A DNA stretch of 64,000 bases from Anaeromyxobacteraceae bacterium (GTDB taxonomy: Bacteria; Myxococcota; Myxococcia; Myxococcales; Anaeromyxobacteraceae): contig JASGHJ010000001.1 of assembly GCA_047602405.1 (NCBI GenBank), forward strand, positions 1,344,001-1,408,000. Reading direction: 5' to 3'. Positions 50,930 to 60,664 of the stretch are shown one piece after another (position 1 is the stretch's first letter; each line of letters begins with the position of its first letter). The notes beneath the pieces were generated by a model. The model saw nothing but the letters and a program-made list of their open reading frames with translations. It searched no databases and was not told the origin of the DNA. Position numbers and translations under genes: made by a program.

Positions 50930-52017
50930 AGACGAAGCCCCACGCCGAGGTGATCCCCGCCGTCCAGGGAGACCACCGCTACGAGGTCCGCGTCGGGCCG
51001 GGCGCGCTCGCGCCGCTCGCCGGCCTCGCCGGGGATCACGACCACGTCGCCGTGTTCACCGCCCGTCCCGTCGCGAGGACCCCCTTCGCGCGGGCTGCGC
51101 TGCGCGGCCTGGAGGCGACCGGCAAGGTAAAGCTCGTGCACGTCCTCCCGGACGGCGAGCGCGGGAAGACCCTCGCCGAGCTCGGCCGCGCCTCGACCGC
51201 GCTCCTCGCGGCCGGCGCGACCCGGCGGACGCTCGTCGTCGCGGTCGGCGGCGGCGCGGTCTCCGACGCGGCGGGCTTCGCGGCGGCGACCTTCATGCGC
51301 GGCGTGCCGTGGGTGGCCGTGCCGACGACGCTCCTCTCGATGGTCGACGCGGCCATCGGCGGGAAGACCGGCGTGAACCTCCCGGCCATGAAGAACGCCC
51401 TGGGCGCCTTCCACCCGCCCCGCGCGGTCCTCGCCGACACCGCGGCGCTCGAGACCCTGCCCCCGCGGGAGGTCAGGAGCGGCCTCGGCGAGGTCGCGAA
51501 GTACGCGCTCCTCGAGCCGGCGCTGCTCGGACGGGTCGCCGCGCTCGGGCCCCGGCTCCCGGAGGCCGACCTCGTCGCCGCCTGCGCGCGGATGAAGGTG
51601 CAGGTCGTCGCCCAGGACCCGACCGAGCGGGGGCTCCGCAAGCTCCTCAACCTGGGCCACACGTTCGGCCACGGCGTGGAGGCGGCGGGCAAGTTCAGCC
51701 GGTACACCCACGGTGAGTCCGTCTCCGTCGGCATGGCGTTCGCGTTCCGGCTCGCCGCGCGGCTCGGGCGGCTCGGGCCGCTCGCGGTGGCCGAGGCGGA
51801 GGACGCGCTGCGGGCGCTCGGCCTGCCGGTGCGGGTGCCGCCCGCGCTGGCCCGGCGGGCGCTCGCGCTCATGGCGACCGACAAGAAGCGCACCGCCGCG
51901 GGGCTCCGCTGGGTGCTGCCCCGCGCGGAGGGCTCGGCCTGGGTCGTGGACTGGGACGTCGCCGCCGACGGCGCGGCCGTCGAGGCCGCCGCGCGCGAGG
52001 TCTCGAAAAGCCGGTAA
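50926..52017 (+). CDS. aroB: 3-dehydroquinate synthase
   Basis: PDGE..K, VGGG.V.D.AGF, PTTLLSMVDAAIGGKTGVN, LNLGHTFGH, HGESV. Confidence 0.95.
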   Translation: MKTKPHAEVIPAVQGDHRYEVRVGPGALAPLAGLAGDHDHVAVFTARPVARTPFARAALRGLEATGKVKLVHVLPDGERGKTLAELGRASTALLAAGATRRTLVVAVGGGAVSDAAGFAAATFMRGVPWVAVPTTLLSMVDAAIGGKTGVNLPAMKNALGAFHPPRAVLADTAALETLPPREVRSGLGEVAKYALLEPALLGRVAALGPRLPEADLVAACARMKVQVVAQDPTERGLRKLLNLGHTFGHGVEAAGKFSRYTHGESVSVGMAFAFRLAARLGRLGPLAVAEAEDALRALGLPVRVPPALARRALALMATDKKRTAAGLRWVLPRAEGSAWVVDWDVAADGAAVEAAAREVSKSR

Positions 52018-52041
52018 GATGCCCGTGGGAGGGGAGACGCG

Positions 52042-52488
52042 ATGATCCTCGTGGTGAACGGCCCGAACCTGAACCTGCTCGGCGAGCGCGAGCCCGAGAT
52101 CTACGGGCGCAGCACGCTCGCGGACGTGGTGGAGCTCGTGCGCTCCGCGTGCAGCGCGTGGGGGCTCGAGGTGAAGAGCTTCCAGTCGAACCACGAGGGC
52201 GCGATCCTCGACTTCCTGCAGGAGCACCGCGCCCGCGCGAAGGGCATCGTCATCAACCCCGGCGCGCTTTCCCACACGAGCATCGCGCTCCACGACTGCC
52301 TGAAGTCGATCCCCGCGCCGGCGGTCGAGGTGCACATCTCGAACGTGCACACCCGGGAGCCCTTCCGGCGCGAGAGCGTCACCGCCGCGGCCTGCCGCGG
52401 GCAGATCGTCGGGCTCGGGATCCGCGGCTACCTGCTCGCCGCCGAGTGGCTCTGCGCCGAGGTCGGGACGCCGCCGAAGGGCCGGTAG
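52042..52488 (+). CDS. aroQ: Type II 3-dehydroquinate dehydratase
   Basis: NGPNLNLLGEREPEIYG, QSNHEG, INPGA..HTS, EVHISN. Confidence 0.96.
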   Translation: MILVVNGPNLNLLGEREPEIYGRSTLADVVELVRSACSAWGLEVKSFQSNHEGAILDFLQEHRARAKGIVINPGALSHTSIALHDCLKSIPAPAVEVHISNVHTREPFRRESVTAAACRGQIVGLGIRGYLLAAEWLCAEVGTPPKGR

Positions 52489-52494
52489 CCGGCG

Positions 52495-53502
52495 GTGCCG
52501 CGCGCCGCGGTGCTGCTCCCGGTGCGGGACGCCGCCCGCACGCTCCGGGCCGCCGCGGTCTCCATGCTCCGGCAGACGGAGCGCGACCTCGCGCTCGTCT
52601 GCGTCGACGACGGCTCGACCGACGCGACGCCCGCCGTGCTCGACCGGCTCGCGGCCCGCGACCGGCGGGTGCGGGTCGTGCGCGCGCCGGCGAACGAGGG
52701 CATCGCGCGGGCCCTCGCCCGCGGCCTCGCCGCGTGCGACGCCGAGGTCGTCGTGCGGATGGACGCCGACGACCTCGCCCACCCCGCGCGCGTCGCGACG
52801 CTCCTCGCCGCGCTCGACGCCGATCCCTCGCTCGCCGCGGTGGGGTCGCGGGTGCGGCTCTTCCCGCGCCGCGCCGTGAAGCCGGGCATGGCGCGGTACG
52901 CGGCGTGGCTGAACGGGCTCGTCACCCCGGCGCTCGTCGCCCGCGACCTCCTCGTCGAGGCGCCGCTCGTGCACCCGGCCTCCGCGATCCGGCGGGCCGA
53001 CCTCGAGCGGGTGGGCGGCTGGCGGGAGGGCGACTTCCCGGAGGACTACGACCTGTGGCTCCGGCTCGCGGCCTCGGGGCGCCGGCTCACGAACGTGCCG
53101 GACACGCTCCTCGCCTGGCGCGAGTCGGGCACCCGCCTCACCCGGACCGACCCGCGATATCGCCTGGAGCGCCACGTGGCGCTGAAGTGCGCGCACCTCG
53201 CGGGCGGGTGGCTCGCCGGGCGGACCGAGGTCGCCCTCTGGGGCGCGGGTGAGACCGGACGTGCGTTCGCGGGCGCGCTCGCGCCCCACGGCATCCGCCC
53301 GGCGCTGTTCGTGGACGTGGACCCCAGGAAGATCGGCCGCACGCGGCGCGGGGCGCCGGTGGTGGGGCTGGACGCGCTCGAGCGCGCCCGGGGGCTCCCG
53401 CTCCTCGTCGCCGTGGGCGCGCCCGGCGCGCGCGACCTGATCCGCGCCGAGCTCGCCCGGGCCCGGTTCGGCGAGGGATCGGACTTCCTCGTCGTGTCCT
53501 GA
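52495..53502 (+). CDS. GT2 family glycosyltransferase
   Basis: VLLPV, VDDGSTD, RMDADD, HP, EDYDLWLR; C-terminal WGAG Rossmann-like segment. Confidence 0.9.
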   Translation: MPRAAVLLPVRDAARTLRAAAVSMLRQTERDLALVCVDDGSTDATPAVLDRLAARDRRVRVVRAPANEGIARALARGLAACDAEVVVRMDADDLAHPARVATLLAALDADPSLAAVGSRVRLFPRRAVKPGMARYAAWLNGLVTPALVARDLLVEAPLVHPASAIRRADLERVGGWREGDFPEDYDLWLRLAASGRRLTNVPDTLLAWRESGTRLTRTDPRYRLERHVALKCAHLAGGWLAGRTEVALWGAGETGRAFAGALAPHGIRPALFVDVDPRKIGRTRRGAPVVGLDALERARGLPLLVAVGAPGARDLIRAELARARFGEGSDFLVVS

Positions 53503-53606
53503 GGGGACACGGCCACGCCGGCCGCGCCGCGGCCTCACCCGGAGCGGACCCGGGCCCGCGTGGAGGGGTGAGACCCACACGCCCTCCGTGGTACCCATCG
53601 AAGGCC

Positions 53607-55742
53607 ATGCAGGGGCAGGGGTCCGACGACCGCGTCCGCGAGCTCGAGGAGCGCGTCCGCGTGCTGACCGCGGAGAACGCGCGGCTGCTCGCGGCCCAGG
53701 GCGACAGCCTCGTGCTCGGGTCGATCGCCGAGCACCTCGCCCGCCTCGACGAGACCGACGCCATCGTCCGCAGCGGGCTCGAGCGGATCGGGTCGATGCG
53801 CGAGGTGCCGGTCTGCGCGCTGTGCGAGGAGGTCGAGGGCGGGATGGTCGTCATCTCGTCCCACCTCTCCCGGAACGGCGACGCCCTCGACGGCCGGCTC
53901 CTCCCCGCCACCGGGCGGGTCGTCTCGCAGGTCGAGCACGGCCCGGTGCTGCTCGTGGGCGCCGAGTGCTCCGAGGCCGGGCTGCCGCTCGACGGGCCGC
54001 TGCTCGGCTTCCGCCCGACCGGCGTCCTGCTCGTGCCGTTCCGCGCGCGGCACGTGCCGCGTGGCGTCGCGCTCTTCGCCGACGACCGGCCCGAGCGCGA
54101 GGTGATCGACGCGGTCGACGTGCTCTCGCGCGCCTCCGAGCTCCTGCGGGTCCGCCTCGACACCGTCGCGCTCCTCTTCGAGCTGAAGCTCCTCAACGCC
54201 GAGCTCGACCTCAAGGTCGCCGACCGCACCCGCGCGCTCTCCGCCAGCCAGGAGCGCCTGCGCATCGCGATCGACGCCGCCGCGCTCGCGACCTGGGAGT
54301 GGGACGTCGAGGCGCGCGAGGTGGAGTGGTCGGGCGTGGCGGGCCTGCTCCGCGTGCAGGAGCTGCCCGGCACCATCGACGCCTACCTCGCCCGCGTGCA
54401 CCCCGACGACCGGCCCGCGGTGGCGGCCACCTTCGCGCGCGCCCGCGAGAGCGCCGACCCGCAGCGCGTCGAGCACCGGGTGCCGGTCCCCGAGGGGACG
54501 CGCTGGCTCGAGCTCCACGCCCGCGCCGCGGCGGCCCAGCCGGGCGCGCCGCGCCGGGTCGCCGGCGTCGTGCTCGACGTGACCGACCGGCGCACCCTCG
54601 AGGACGAGCTCCGCCAGGCGCAGAAGATGGAGTCGGTGGGGCGGCTCGCGGGCGGCATCGCCCACGACTTCAACAACCTCCTCACCACCATCCTCGGCAC
54701 GAGCGAGATGGTCCTCGAGTCCTTGCCGCCGCACCACCCGCTCCGCGCCGACATCGCCTCGGTGCGCGACGCGGGCAAGCGCGCCGCCACGCTCACGAAG
54801 CAGCTCCTCGCCTTCAGCCGCAAGCAGAAGCTCGAGGCCCGGGCCGAGGACCTCGCGAGCATCGTGCGGGGGTTCGCCCCGATGATCTCCCGCCTCATCG
54901 GCAACGAGATCAAGGTCCGGCTCGACCTCGCCGTCAGCCTGCCGCCCGTCCTCGCCGACCGCGCCCAGCTCGAGCAGATCCTCCTCAACCTCGCGGTGAA
55001 CGCGCGCGACGCCATGCCGACGGGCGGCGTCCTCACCTTCGGCGCGGCCGAGGCGGCGCGCGGGACGCCGGTGGCCGGGCTGCGCAGCGTGCTCCTGTGG
55101 GTGGCCGACACCGGCGCCGGGATGTCACCCGAGGTGGCGGCGCGCGCGTTCGACCCGTTCTTCACGACGAAGCCGTCCGGCAAGGGCACCGGCCTCGGCC
55201 TCGCGACGGTCTACGGCATCGTCCGCCAGCACAACGGCACCATCACCGTGCGCACCGCGCCCGGGAAGGGCACCCGCTTCGACATCGTCCTGCCGGTCGC
55301 CGAGAAGGCGCAGGCGGCGCCGGTGATCGAGGCGCCGGCGGAGCGGCCCACCACCGGGCAGGGCGAGACCGTGCTCGTGGTCGACGACGAGGAGCTCGTG
55401 CGCACCGCCGTCGCGCGCGCGCTCCAGGCGCGGAACTACACCGTGCTCGAGGCGGAGTCGGCGGCCGAGGCGCTCTCGATCCTCGACAACGCCTCGCAGC
55501 GGATCCAGCTGCTCCTCTCCGACGTGATCATGCCGGGCGGCCGGGGGACCGAGCTCGCCCGGGTGTTCCGCCAGCGGTACCCGGGGAAGCCGGTGCTCCT
55601 CATGAGCGGCTACCTCGAGCCGGACGAGCACGGGGCGCCCGCGGACGTGGTGGTGCTCGAGAAGCCGCTCGCGCCGTCGCAGCTCGCGCGCGCGGTGCGT
55701 GCGGCGCTCGACGGGCTGCCGGTGGATCCGACCGGCTCCTAG
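53607..55742 (+). CDS. Hybrid sensor kinase (GAF-like, PAS, HisKA, HATPase, REC)
   Basis: VHPDD PAS motif, AQKMESVGRLAGGIAHDFNN, NARDAMP, FFTTK, GTGLGL, VLVVDDE, SDVIMPG. Confidence 0.92.
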   Translation: MQGQGSDDRVRELEERVRVLTAENARLLAAQGDSLVLGSIAEHLARLDETDAIVRSGLERIGSMREVPVCALCEEVEGGMVVISSHLSRNGDALDGRLLPATGRVVSQVEHGPVLLVGAECSEAGLPLDGPLLGFRPTGVLLVPFRARHVPRGVALFADDRPEREVIDAVDVLSRASELLRVRLDTVALLFELKLLNAELDLKVADRTRALSASQERLRIAIDAAALATWEWDVEAREVEWSGVAGLLRVQELPGTIDAYLARVHPDDRPAVAATFARARESADPQRVEHRVPVPEGTRWLELHARAAAAQPGAPRRVAGVVLDVTDRRTLEDELRQAQKMESVGRLAGGIAHDFNNLLTTILGTSEMVLESLPPHHPLRADIASVRDAGKRAATLTKQLLAFSRKQKLEARAEDLASIVRGFAPMISRLIGNEIKVRLDLAVSLPPVLADRAQLEQILLNLAVNARDAMPTGGVLTFGAAEAARGTPVAGLRSVLLWVADTGAGMSPEVAARAFDPFFTTKPSGKGTGLGLATVYGIVRQHNGTITVRTAPGKGTRFDIVLPVAEKAQAAPVIEAPAERPTTGQGETVLVVDDEELVRTAVARALQARNYTVLEAESAAEALSILDNASQRIQLLLSDVIMPGGRGTELARVFRQRYPGKPVLLMSGYLEPDEHGAPADVVVLEKPLAPSQLARAVRAALDGLPVDPTGS

Positions 55743-56656
55743 GCGCCGGGCGCCGGCGGGTAGGCGTCCACGAGCGCCGCCTTCACCCCGAGGAAGTCCG
55801 GCGGCTCGGGCGCCTCGAGCACGAGCGGCGCGCCGGTGACCGGGTGCCGGAGCTCGAGCCTCCGCGCGTGGAGCATCACCCGCGGCACCGCCACCTCGCC
55901 GACCCGCCGCGGCCCGCCGTACCGCGCGTCGCCGAGGAGTGGCGCGCCGAGGTGCGCGAGGTGCACGCGGATCTGGTGGGTGCGGCCGGTCTCGGGGCGC
56001 GCCTCGACGAGCGCCGCCAGCGGTGAGGTCGCGAGCGTGCGGTAGGCCGTGGCGGCGGCGTCACCGCCGGCGTCGACCCGGCGCAGGCCGGCGCGCTTCG
56101 GGTCCTTCCCGAGCGGCGCGTCCACGCGGCCCTCCGCCGGGGAGGGCGCGCGGGAGGTGAGCGCGAGGTAGGTCTTCGACGGCTCGCCGACGCGGAAGGC
56201 CTCGGCGAGCGCGGCGGCGGCGGCCTTCGTGCGCGCGAGCACGGTGACGCCGCTCGTCTCGCGATCGAGGCGGTGCACGACCGTGACCGGGCCGCCCACG
56301 AGCGCCGCGACGAGGTCGGGCAGCGTGCCGCGGTCGGTGGTGAGCGTGGGCTGGGCCGGCACGCCGGCCGGCTTGTCGACCGCGACGAGGTCGGCGTCCT
56401 CGAAGAGCAGGCGCTCCCGGCCGAGGGTGGCCTCGGCCGCGGGGGCGCGGCCGCCCTCCTCGAGGTTCACCTCGACCTTCTGGCCGGGGTGGAGCGTGCG
56501 CCCGGCCACCTTGCAGCGCCGGCCGTCGAGGAACACGCCGCCGGCCTCGAGCGCCCGCCGCGCGAGGCCGCGCGAGATCCCGCCGCGCGCGGCGATGAAG
56601 CGGTCGATCCGCTCCCGGGCGTCGTCCGGGCCGACGAGGAGCGTGAGCCGCCGCAT
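55739..56656 (-). CDS. RluA/RluD family 23S rRNA pseudouridine synthase
   Basis: S4-like RIDRF, DKPAG, VHRLDRETSG, TGRTHQIRVH, LHA. Confidence 0.94.
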   Translation of the reverse strand: MRRLTLLVGPDDARERIDRFIAARGGISRGLARRALEAGGVFLDGRRCKVAGRTLHPGQKVEVNLEEGGRAPAAEATLGRERLLFEDADLVAVDKPAGVPAQPTLTTDRGTLPDLVAALVGGPVTVVHRLDRETSGVTVLARTKAAAAALAEAFRVGEPSKTYLALTSRAPSPAEGRVDAPLGKDPKRAGLRRVDAGGDAAATAYRTLATSPLAALVEARPETGRTHQIRVHLAHLGAPLLGDARYGGPRRVGEVAVPRVMLHARRLELRHPVTGAPLVLEAPEPPDFLGVKAALVDAYPPAPGA

Positions 56657-56672
56657 CGAGGGTGCCGGTGCG

Positions 56673-56954
56673 CTACGCGTTCGCGGCCGGGCAGGAGCCG
56701 CACCCGCCGGGCGCGCAGCCGCCGCCGTCGGACTTCGCCTCCGCCTTGTCGGCCTTCCCGGTGATGGCGTTCGCGTTCCGGCCGCCGTAGTCGGTGAGGT
56801 AGAACCCCGAGCCCTTGAGCGCGAAGGAGCCGGCGCTCACGGCCTTCGTCACCTTCGACCCGCAGACGTCGTGCGTCTCGAGGGCCGGCGAGGACATCTT
56901 CTGCAGGACGTCGAACCGTCCGCACCGCGGGCAGTCGTACTCGTAGATGGGCAT
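56673..56954 (-). CDS. FmdB-family zinc ribbon protein
   Basis: MPIYEYDCPRCG...CG...F.LKGSGFY.TDY. Confidence 0.9.
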   Translation of the reverse strand: MPIYEYDCPRCGRFDVLQKMSSPALETHDVCGSKVTKAVSAGSFALKGSGFYLTDYGGRNANAITGKADKAEAKSDGGGCAPGGCGSCPAANA

Positions 56955-57029
56955 GTTCGGTGGCTCCCGTGTTCCGGCGGCGCCCGGCGCGCCGCACCCC
57001 TCCCCGGCAGCGGCCTCGGAGGAGGGGGG

Positions 57030-57057
57030 AAGGTAGAGGCTGGCGGGCCGGTGTCAA
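57030..57057 (-). promoter_or_regulatory. Putative sigma70 promoter TTGACA-N16-TACCTT for the FmdB-rluA unit
   Basis: On the + strand: TGTCAA 57052-57057 and AAGGTA 57030-57035. Confidence 0.6.
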
Positions 57058-57135
57058 GCGACGGGGCTTGCCAGCCCGGTGCCGGACGATCCAAGAATCC
57101 CGGGCAAGTGCCCGACAAGACGAGGGGAACGGGAG

Positions 57136-58512
57136 GTGGCCGTGGAGGAGCTGGAGCTCGCGCTGGTGCCGGACACGCTCGACGCGCTGACGCGCGCCCT
57201 CGACGAGGTGCGCCACCGGCACGTGGCCGGGCTGGAGCCGGAGCCGGACGTGGCGGGCCCGTTCACGGCGCACGGCGCGGCCGCTCACCGCCGGACGGTG
57301 ACGGCGCTCCGGGAGGCGGGCGACGCGCCGCTCGCCGCCCGGGTCGCCGCGCTCCGGGCCGAGCGCGCCCAGGCCGAGGCCGAGGCGCGCTGGCGGGCCC
57401 TCGAGGCGGGCGTGTCCGTCGTTCGACGGGCTCACGAGCTCCCTGGGGCGGGCGCCGCCACGCTGGCCGAGCTCGAGCTCGCCGGGCTGCGCGAGCGGGA
57501 TCCCGAGCGGCGCCACGCGCTGGCGCGCGCGGCGGCCGGGGCGCTCGAGCCCGCGGCGGCGGCGCGGGAGGCCGCGGTCGAGGCGCGGGCGCGCGCCCGC
57601 GCCGAGGTCGGGCTCGCCCCCGAGTGGCCCGCCGTGGTGGAGGGCGACGGCGTGCTCGCCGCGACCGACGACGCCTGGCGCGACGTCCTCGCGTTCCACG
57701 TGCGGGAGGCGCTCCCCGGCGTCGAGCCGCGCGCGCTCACCCGCGCCGACCTCCTCGCGCTCCTCGCGCTGCCTCGGTGGGACGGGCACTTCCGCGCCGG
57801 CATGCTCGCGATCGGGGTGCGCGCGACGCTCGGCCCCCTCGGCCTCGACGGCGGGCGCGTGCGGGTCGACGACGCGGGCCGCCCGGCCCAGTGGCCCGGC
57901 GCGCACGCGACCGGCGCGCGCGTCTCGTTCCGCCCGCGGGGCGGGGCGAACGACTGGCAGGATCTCTTCGCCGCGCTCGGGCGCGCCCACGCGGCCGCGG
58001 CCCGCCGGCCGCACCGCAGGGAGCCGCTGCTCGCCGAGGCGGTCGCGTGGCTCCTCGCGTCCGTCCTCGAGGAGCCCCGCTGGCTCGCCGAGCGGGCCGA
58101 CGTCGACCGCCCCCGCGCGCGCGACGCCGTGCGCGCGCTCGCGCTCCGCAGGCTGTTCGCGCTGCGCGCCGACGCGGCGGCGCTGCGGGTCGCCACCGAG
58201 GTCGAGCGCGGGCTCTCCGGCGCGGCCTGGCGCGAGGCGCACCGCGAGGCCCTGCACGCCGCGACCGGCGCGGCGTGGGAGGGCGTCCGCGCGAGCCGCG
58301 ACGGCGACGCCGGGGCGCTCGCGGCGCGGGTGCAGGGCGCCGGGGCCGGCGAGGCCCTCCGGCGGGAGGTGCGGGAGCGGTTCGACGAGGACTGGTGGCG
58401 GAACCCGCGGACCGGGCCGTGGCTCGGCGCGCTGCTCGCGGACGGACCGGCGCCGGACCCGCGGGAGGGCGCGCCCGCCGACGCGGCGCGGGCGCTCGCG
58501 GCGGCCTTCTGA
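57136..58512 (+). CDS. M3 peptidase-like protein apparently lacking HExxH
   Basis: RERFDEDWWRNPRTG tail; LFAALGRA where HExxH is expected; start 57136 or 57142. Confidence 0.55.
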   Translation: MAVEELELALVPDTLDALTRALDEVRHRHVAGLEPEPDVAGPFTAHGAAAHRRTVTALREAGDAPLAARVAALRAERAQAEAEARWRALEAGVSVVRRAHELPGAGAATLAELELAGLRERDPERRHALARAAAGALEPAAAAREAAVEARARARAEVGLAPEWPAVVEGDGVLAATDDAWRDVLAFHVREALPGVEPRALTRADLLALLALPRWDGHFRAGMLAIGVRATLGPLGLDGGRVRVDDAGRPAQWPGAHATGARVSFRPRGGANDWQDLFAALGRAHAAAARRPHRREPLLAEAVAWLLASVLEEPRWLAERADVDRPRARDAVRALALRRLFALRADAAALRVATEVERGLSGAAWREAHREALHAATGAAWEGVRASRDGDAGALAARVQGAGAGEALRREVRERFDEDWWRNPRTGPWLGALLADGPAPDPREGAPADAARALAAAF

Positions 58513-58782
58513 GCGGAGCCGGGCCGCGAGCCGCCCTGCCCCGGACGGACCCTCGAGAACTGCGGCGGCGGCCGGATCGGGGACCGCCGGGCTCCGGCCG
58601 CCGCACGCCGGGTACTCACCCCCGCGCGATGACGGGAGTCACGTGAACCATGCCGCACGGCGCGCGGCCGGTTCCATGGTCATCCGGTCGTCGCGGAGCG
58701 GTCCTGCGAGCGGGTGACATGGGCCGGGTGCGTCATTCACGCAGAGTGATCGGCGGCGACCGGCGCGACCGGGCCGCGGCGA

Positions 58783-59238
58783 TCAGCCCTGTTCGCCGGG
58801 GCCGCGCGCGCCGCCGCCGCCGGACAGCGCGAACAGCTCGGCGCGCGAGCGGACCCCGCACTTCGCGAAGATGCTGGCGATCTGGTTCGCGACGGTGCGG
58901 ACCGAGCGCCCGCGGCGGCGGGCGATGTCGGCGTTCGACAGCCCCTCGCGCACGAGCCCGAGCACCTCGCGCTCGGCCTCCGTGAGGCCGTCGGGCGTGG
59001 CGGGGGCGGCGGTCGGCCACTCGAGCAGCGCGACGTCCTCCTCGCCGGCGATCCTCCACGCCACGAGCCCGCGCGGGGCGGAGAGGCGGGCCGGTGAGGC
59101 GCTCCGCGACCTCGACGCCGACGGGGAGCGAGGACGGGAGAGGGAGCGCATGTCCGATCCGTAACCCCTCGCAGGGTCCGGATGCAACGTCGAGATTCTC
59201 TGCGCGGGTGGCTTCTCGGAAGGATCGAACGGGTTCAT
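58783..59238 (-). CDS. Small LuxR-HTH protein (GerE-like)
   Basis: LTEAEREVL..VREGLSNADIARRRGRSVRTVANQ; start 59238 (ATGA overlap with the upstream stop) or 59151. Confidence 0.8.
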   Translation of the reverse strand: MNPFDPSEKPPAQRISTLHPDPARGYGSDMRSLSRPRSPSASRSRSASPARLSAPRGLVAWRIAGEEDVALLEWPTAAPATPDGLTEAEREVLGLVREGLSNADIARRRGRSVRTVANQIASIFAKCGVRSRAELFALSGGGGARGPGEQG

Positions 59239-60281
59239 GTGGCGCTCCCGGGGTGGGGGCGGCCCCGGGCCCGCCCGGAGGCGGGCGAGCGGTTCGCAGG
59301 GGACGTGGCGGTACCGGACAGGAGGGAGATGAGCTCGCCGCGGGAGCGGACGCCCAGCTTCACGATGGCCCCCTTGAGGTGCGCCGCGATGGTCGCGCCG
59401 GAGAGCCCGAGCGCGTACGCGACGTACTTGTTCGAGTGCCCTTGCACGACGTAGGCGAGGACGTCCCGCTCGCGCGGGGTGAGCGCCTTCGGGTCGGCGG
59501 CGCCGGGCGCGTTGCGGCGGGCGAGCACGAGGCGGCGGCCGTCGGCCTCGACGTGATCGACGAGCGACCAGTTGCCCTCGACGAGGCCGCTCCAGAGGTC
59601 GACCGCGTCGTCCGGGTCCGCGCGGCGGAGCTGGCCGCGGGCCCGCTCGGTGCGCCGCACGGCGGCCGCGAGGCTCGCGCGCGCGGCGGCGGGGCGGGCC
59701 TCCCCCTCGGCGTGCAGCACGCGCCCGCCGGGGTCGAGCACGGCCTCGGGCGGCGCGTGCGCGAGCGCCCGCAGGCGCGCGGCGCTGCCGAGGTGGGCCG
59801 ACACGCGCGAGAGGCGGTGTCGGGCGCGGGGGCCGACGCGGACCGGGCGCGCCGAGTTGAGCCACACCTGCAGGGCGCGGCCGGCGGGATCGCGGGTGGT
59901 GACACCCAGGGCGTCGAGGGCGCCGCGGTCGGCGAACGGGCCGCGCACGGAAGAGAAGTCGGTGGTCGGGAGGCGCGCGATCCGGCGCTGGAAGGTGTCG
60001 ACCGTCGCGGGCGGGTGGAACCAGCGCTCCACGACCGCCTTGGGCGCCGCGCACCAGACCGCCGCGGCGGTCTCGATGTCGAGGGGCACCGGGCCTCGCG
60101 CGGCCTGGGCGACGGGGTGGACCACGCCGCCGCGCACGTCCCAGAGGATGGCGTAGACCCCGAATCCCTGCTCGAGCGGCTCGAACGCGCGGGCGATGCC
60201 GTCGAGCCACGCCGCGTTGTCCGGCACACCCGAGTAGCAGGCCTCGATGGCGAGGATGGGATCGAATCGGCGGAGGCTCAC
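59235..60281 (-). CDS. LuxR-HTH transcriptional regulator, paralog 3
   Basis: RFDPILAIEACY...WSGLVEGNWSLVDHVEADGRR...LTPRERDVL; homologous to 32176-34169. Confidence 0.85.
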   Translation of the reverse strand: MSLRRFDPILAIEACYSGVPDNAAWLDGIARAFEPLEQGFGVYAILWDVRGGVVHPVAQAARGPVPLDIETAAAVWCAAPKAVVERWFHPPATVDTFQRRIARLPTTDFSSVRGPFADRGALDALGVTTRDPAGRALQVWLNSARPVRVGPRARHRLSRVSAHLGSAARLRALAHAPPEAVLDPGGRVLHAEGEARPAAARASLAAAVRRTERARGQLRRADPDDAVDLWSGLVEGNWSLVDHVEADGRRLVLARRNAPGAADPKALTPRERDVLAYVVQGHSNKYVAYALGLSGATIAAHLKGAIVKLGVRSRGELISLLSGTATSPANRSPASGRARGRPHPGSAT

Positions 60282-60494
60282 GGGTCTTTCTGAGTAGACA
60301 GAAGAGCGTTCGTCCGCGTGACACCCGGAATGTCGAAACCGTACCGCGGGGACGGACTCCGCCGGGAGCACGGCGTTTCCTGGGGACCGGTCCTCGGCCG
60401 CAGACCCCGCGCGATGGAACGCAGCCGCCCACGGCGAGGGGACGGGCCGCCGGGCCCGCGAGGGGCCAGCCGGGCCTCCCACCGGGGGTACGCG

Positions 60495-60664
60495 TTGACC
60501 TCGTGTCCGGCACCGGCTAGACCGGTCGCGGCGCGGCCCTCCGCGCCTCCATGGCCCTCCGCTCCTGACGCCCGCCGCCGCCGCCCTCACCTCGAGCTCG
60601 GGGTGGAGTCGGCACCGCCGTCCGGTCCCCGCATCACCGGGGCAGCCTCCGCAGGAGCACCGCC
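60495..60664 (+). promoter_or_regulatory. Putative promoter (TTGACC-N17-TAGACC) and attenuator-like leader with uORF MALRS*
   Basis: uORF 60551-60568; GCTCCTG (60561-60567) is complementary to SD-containing CAGGAGC (60652-60658). Confidence 0.45.
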
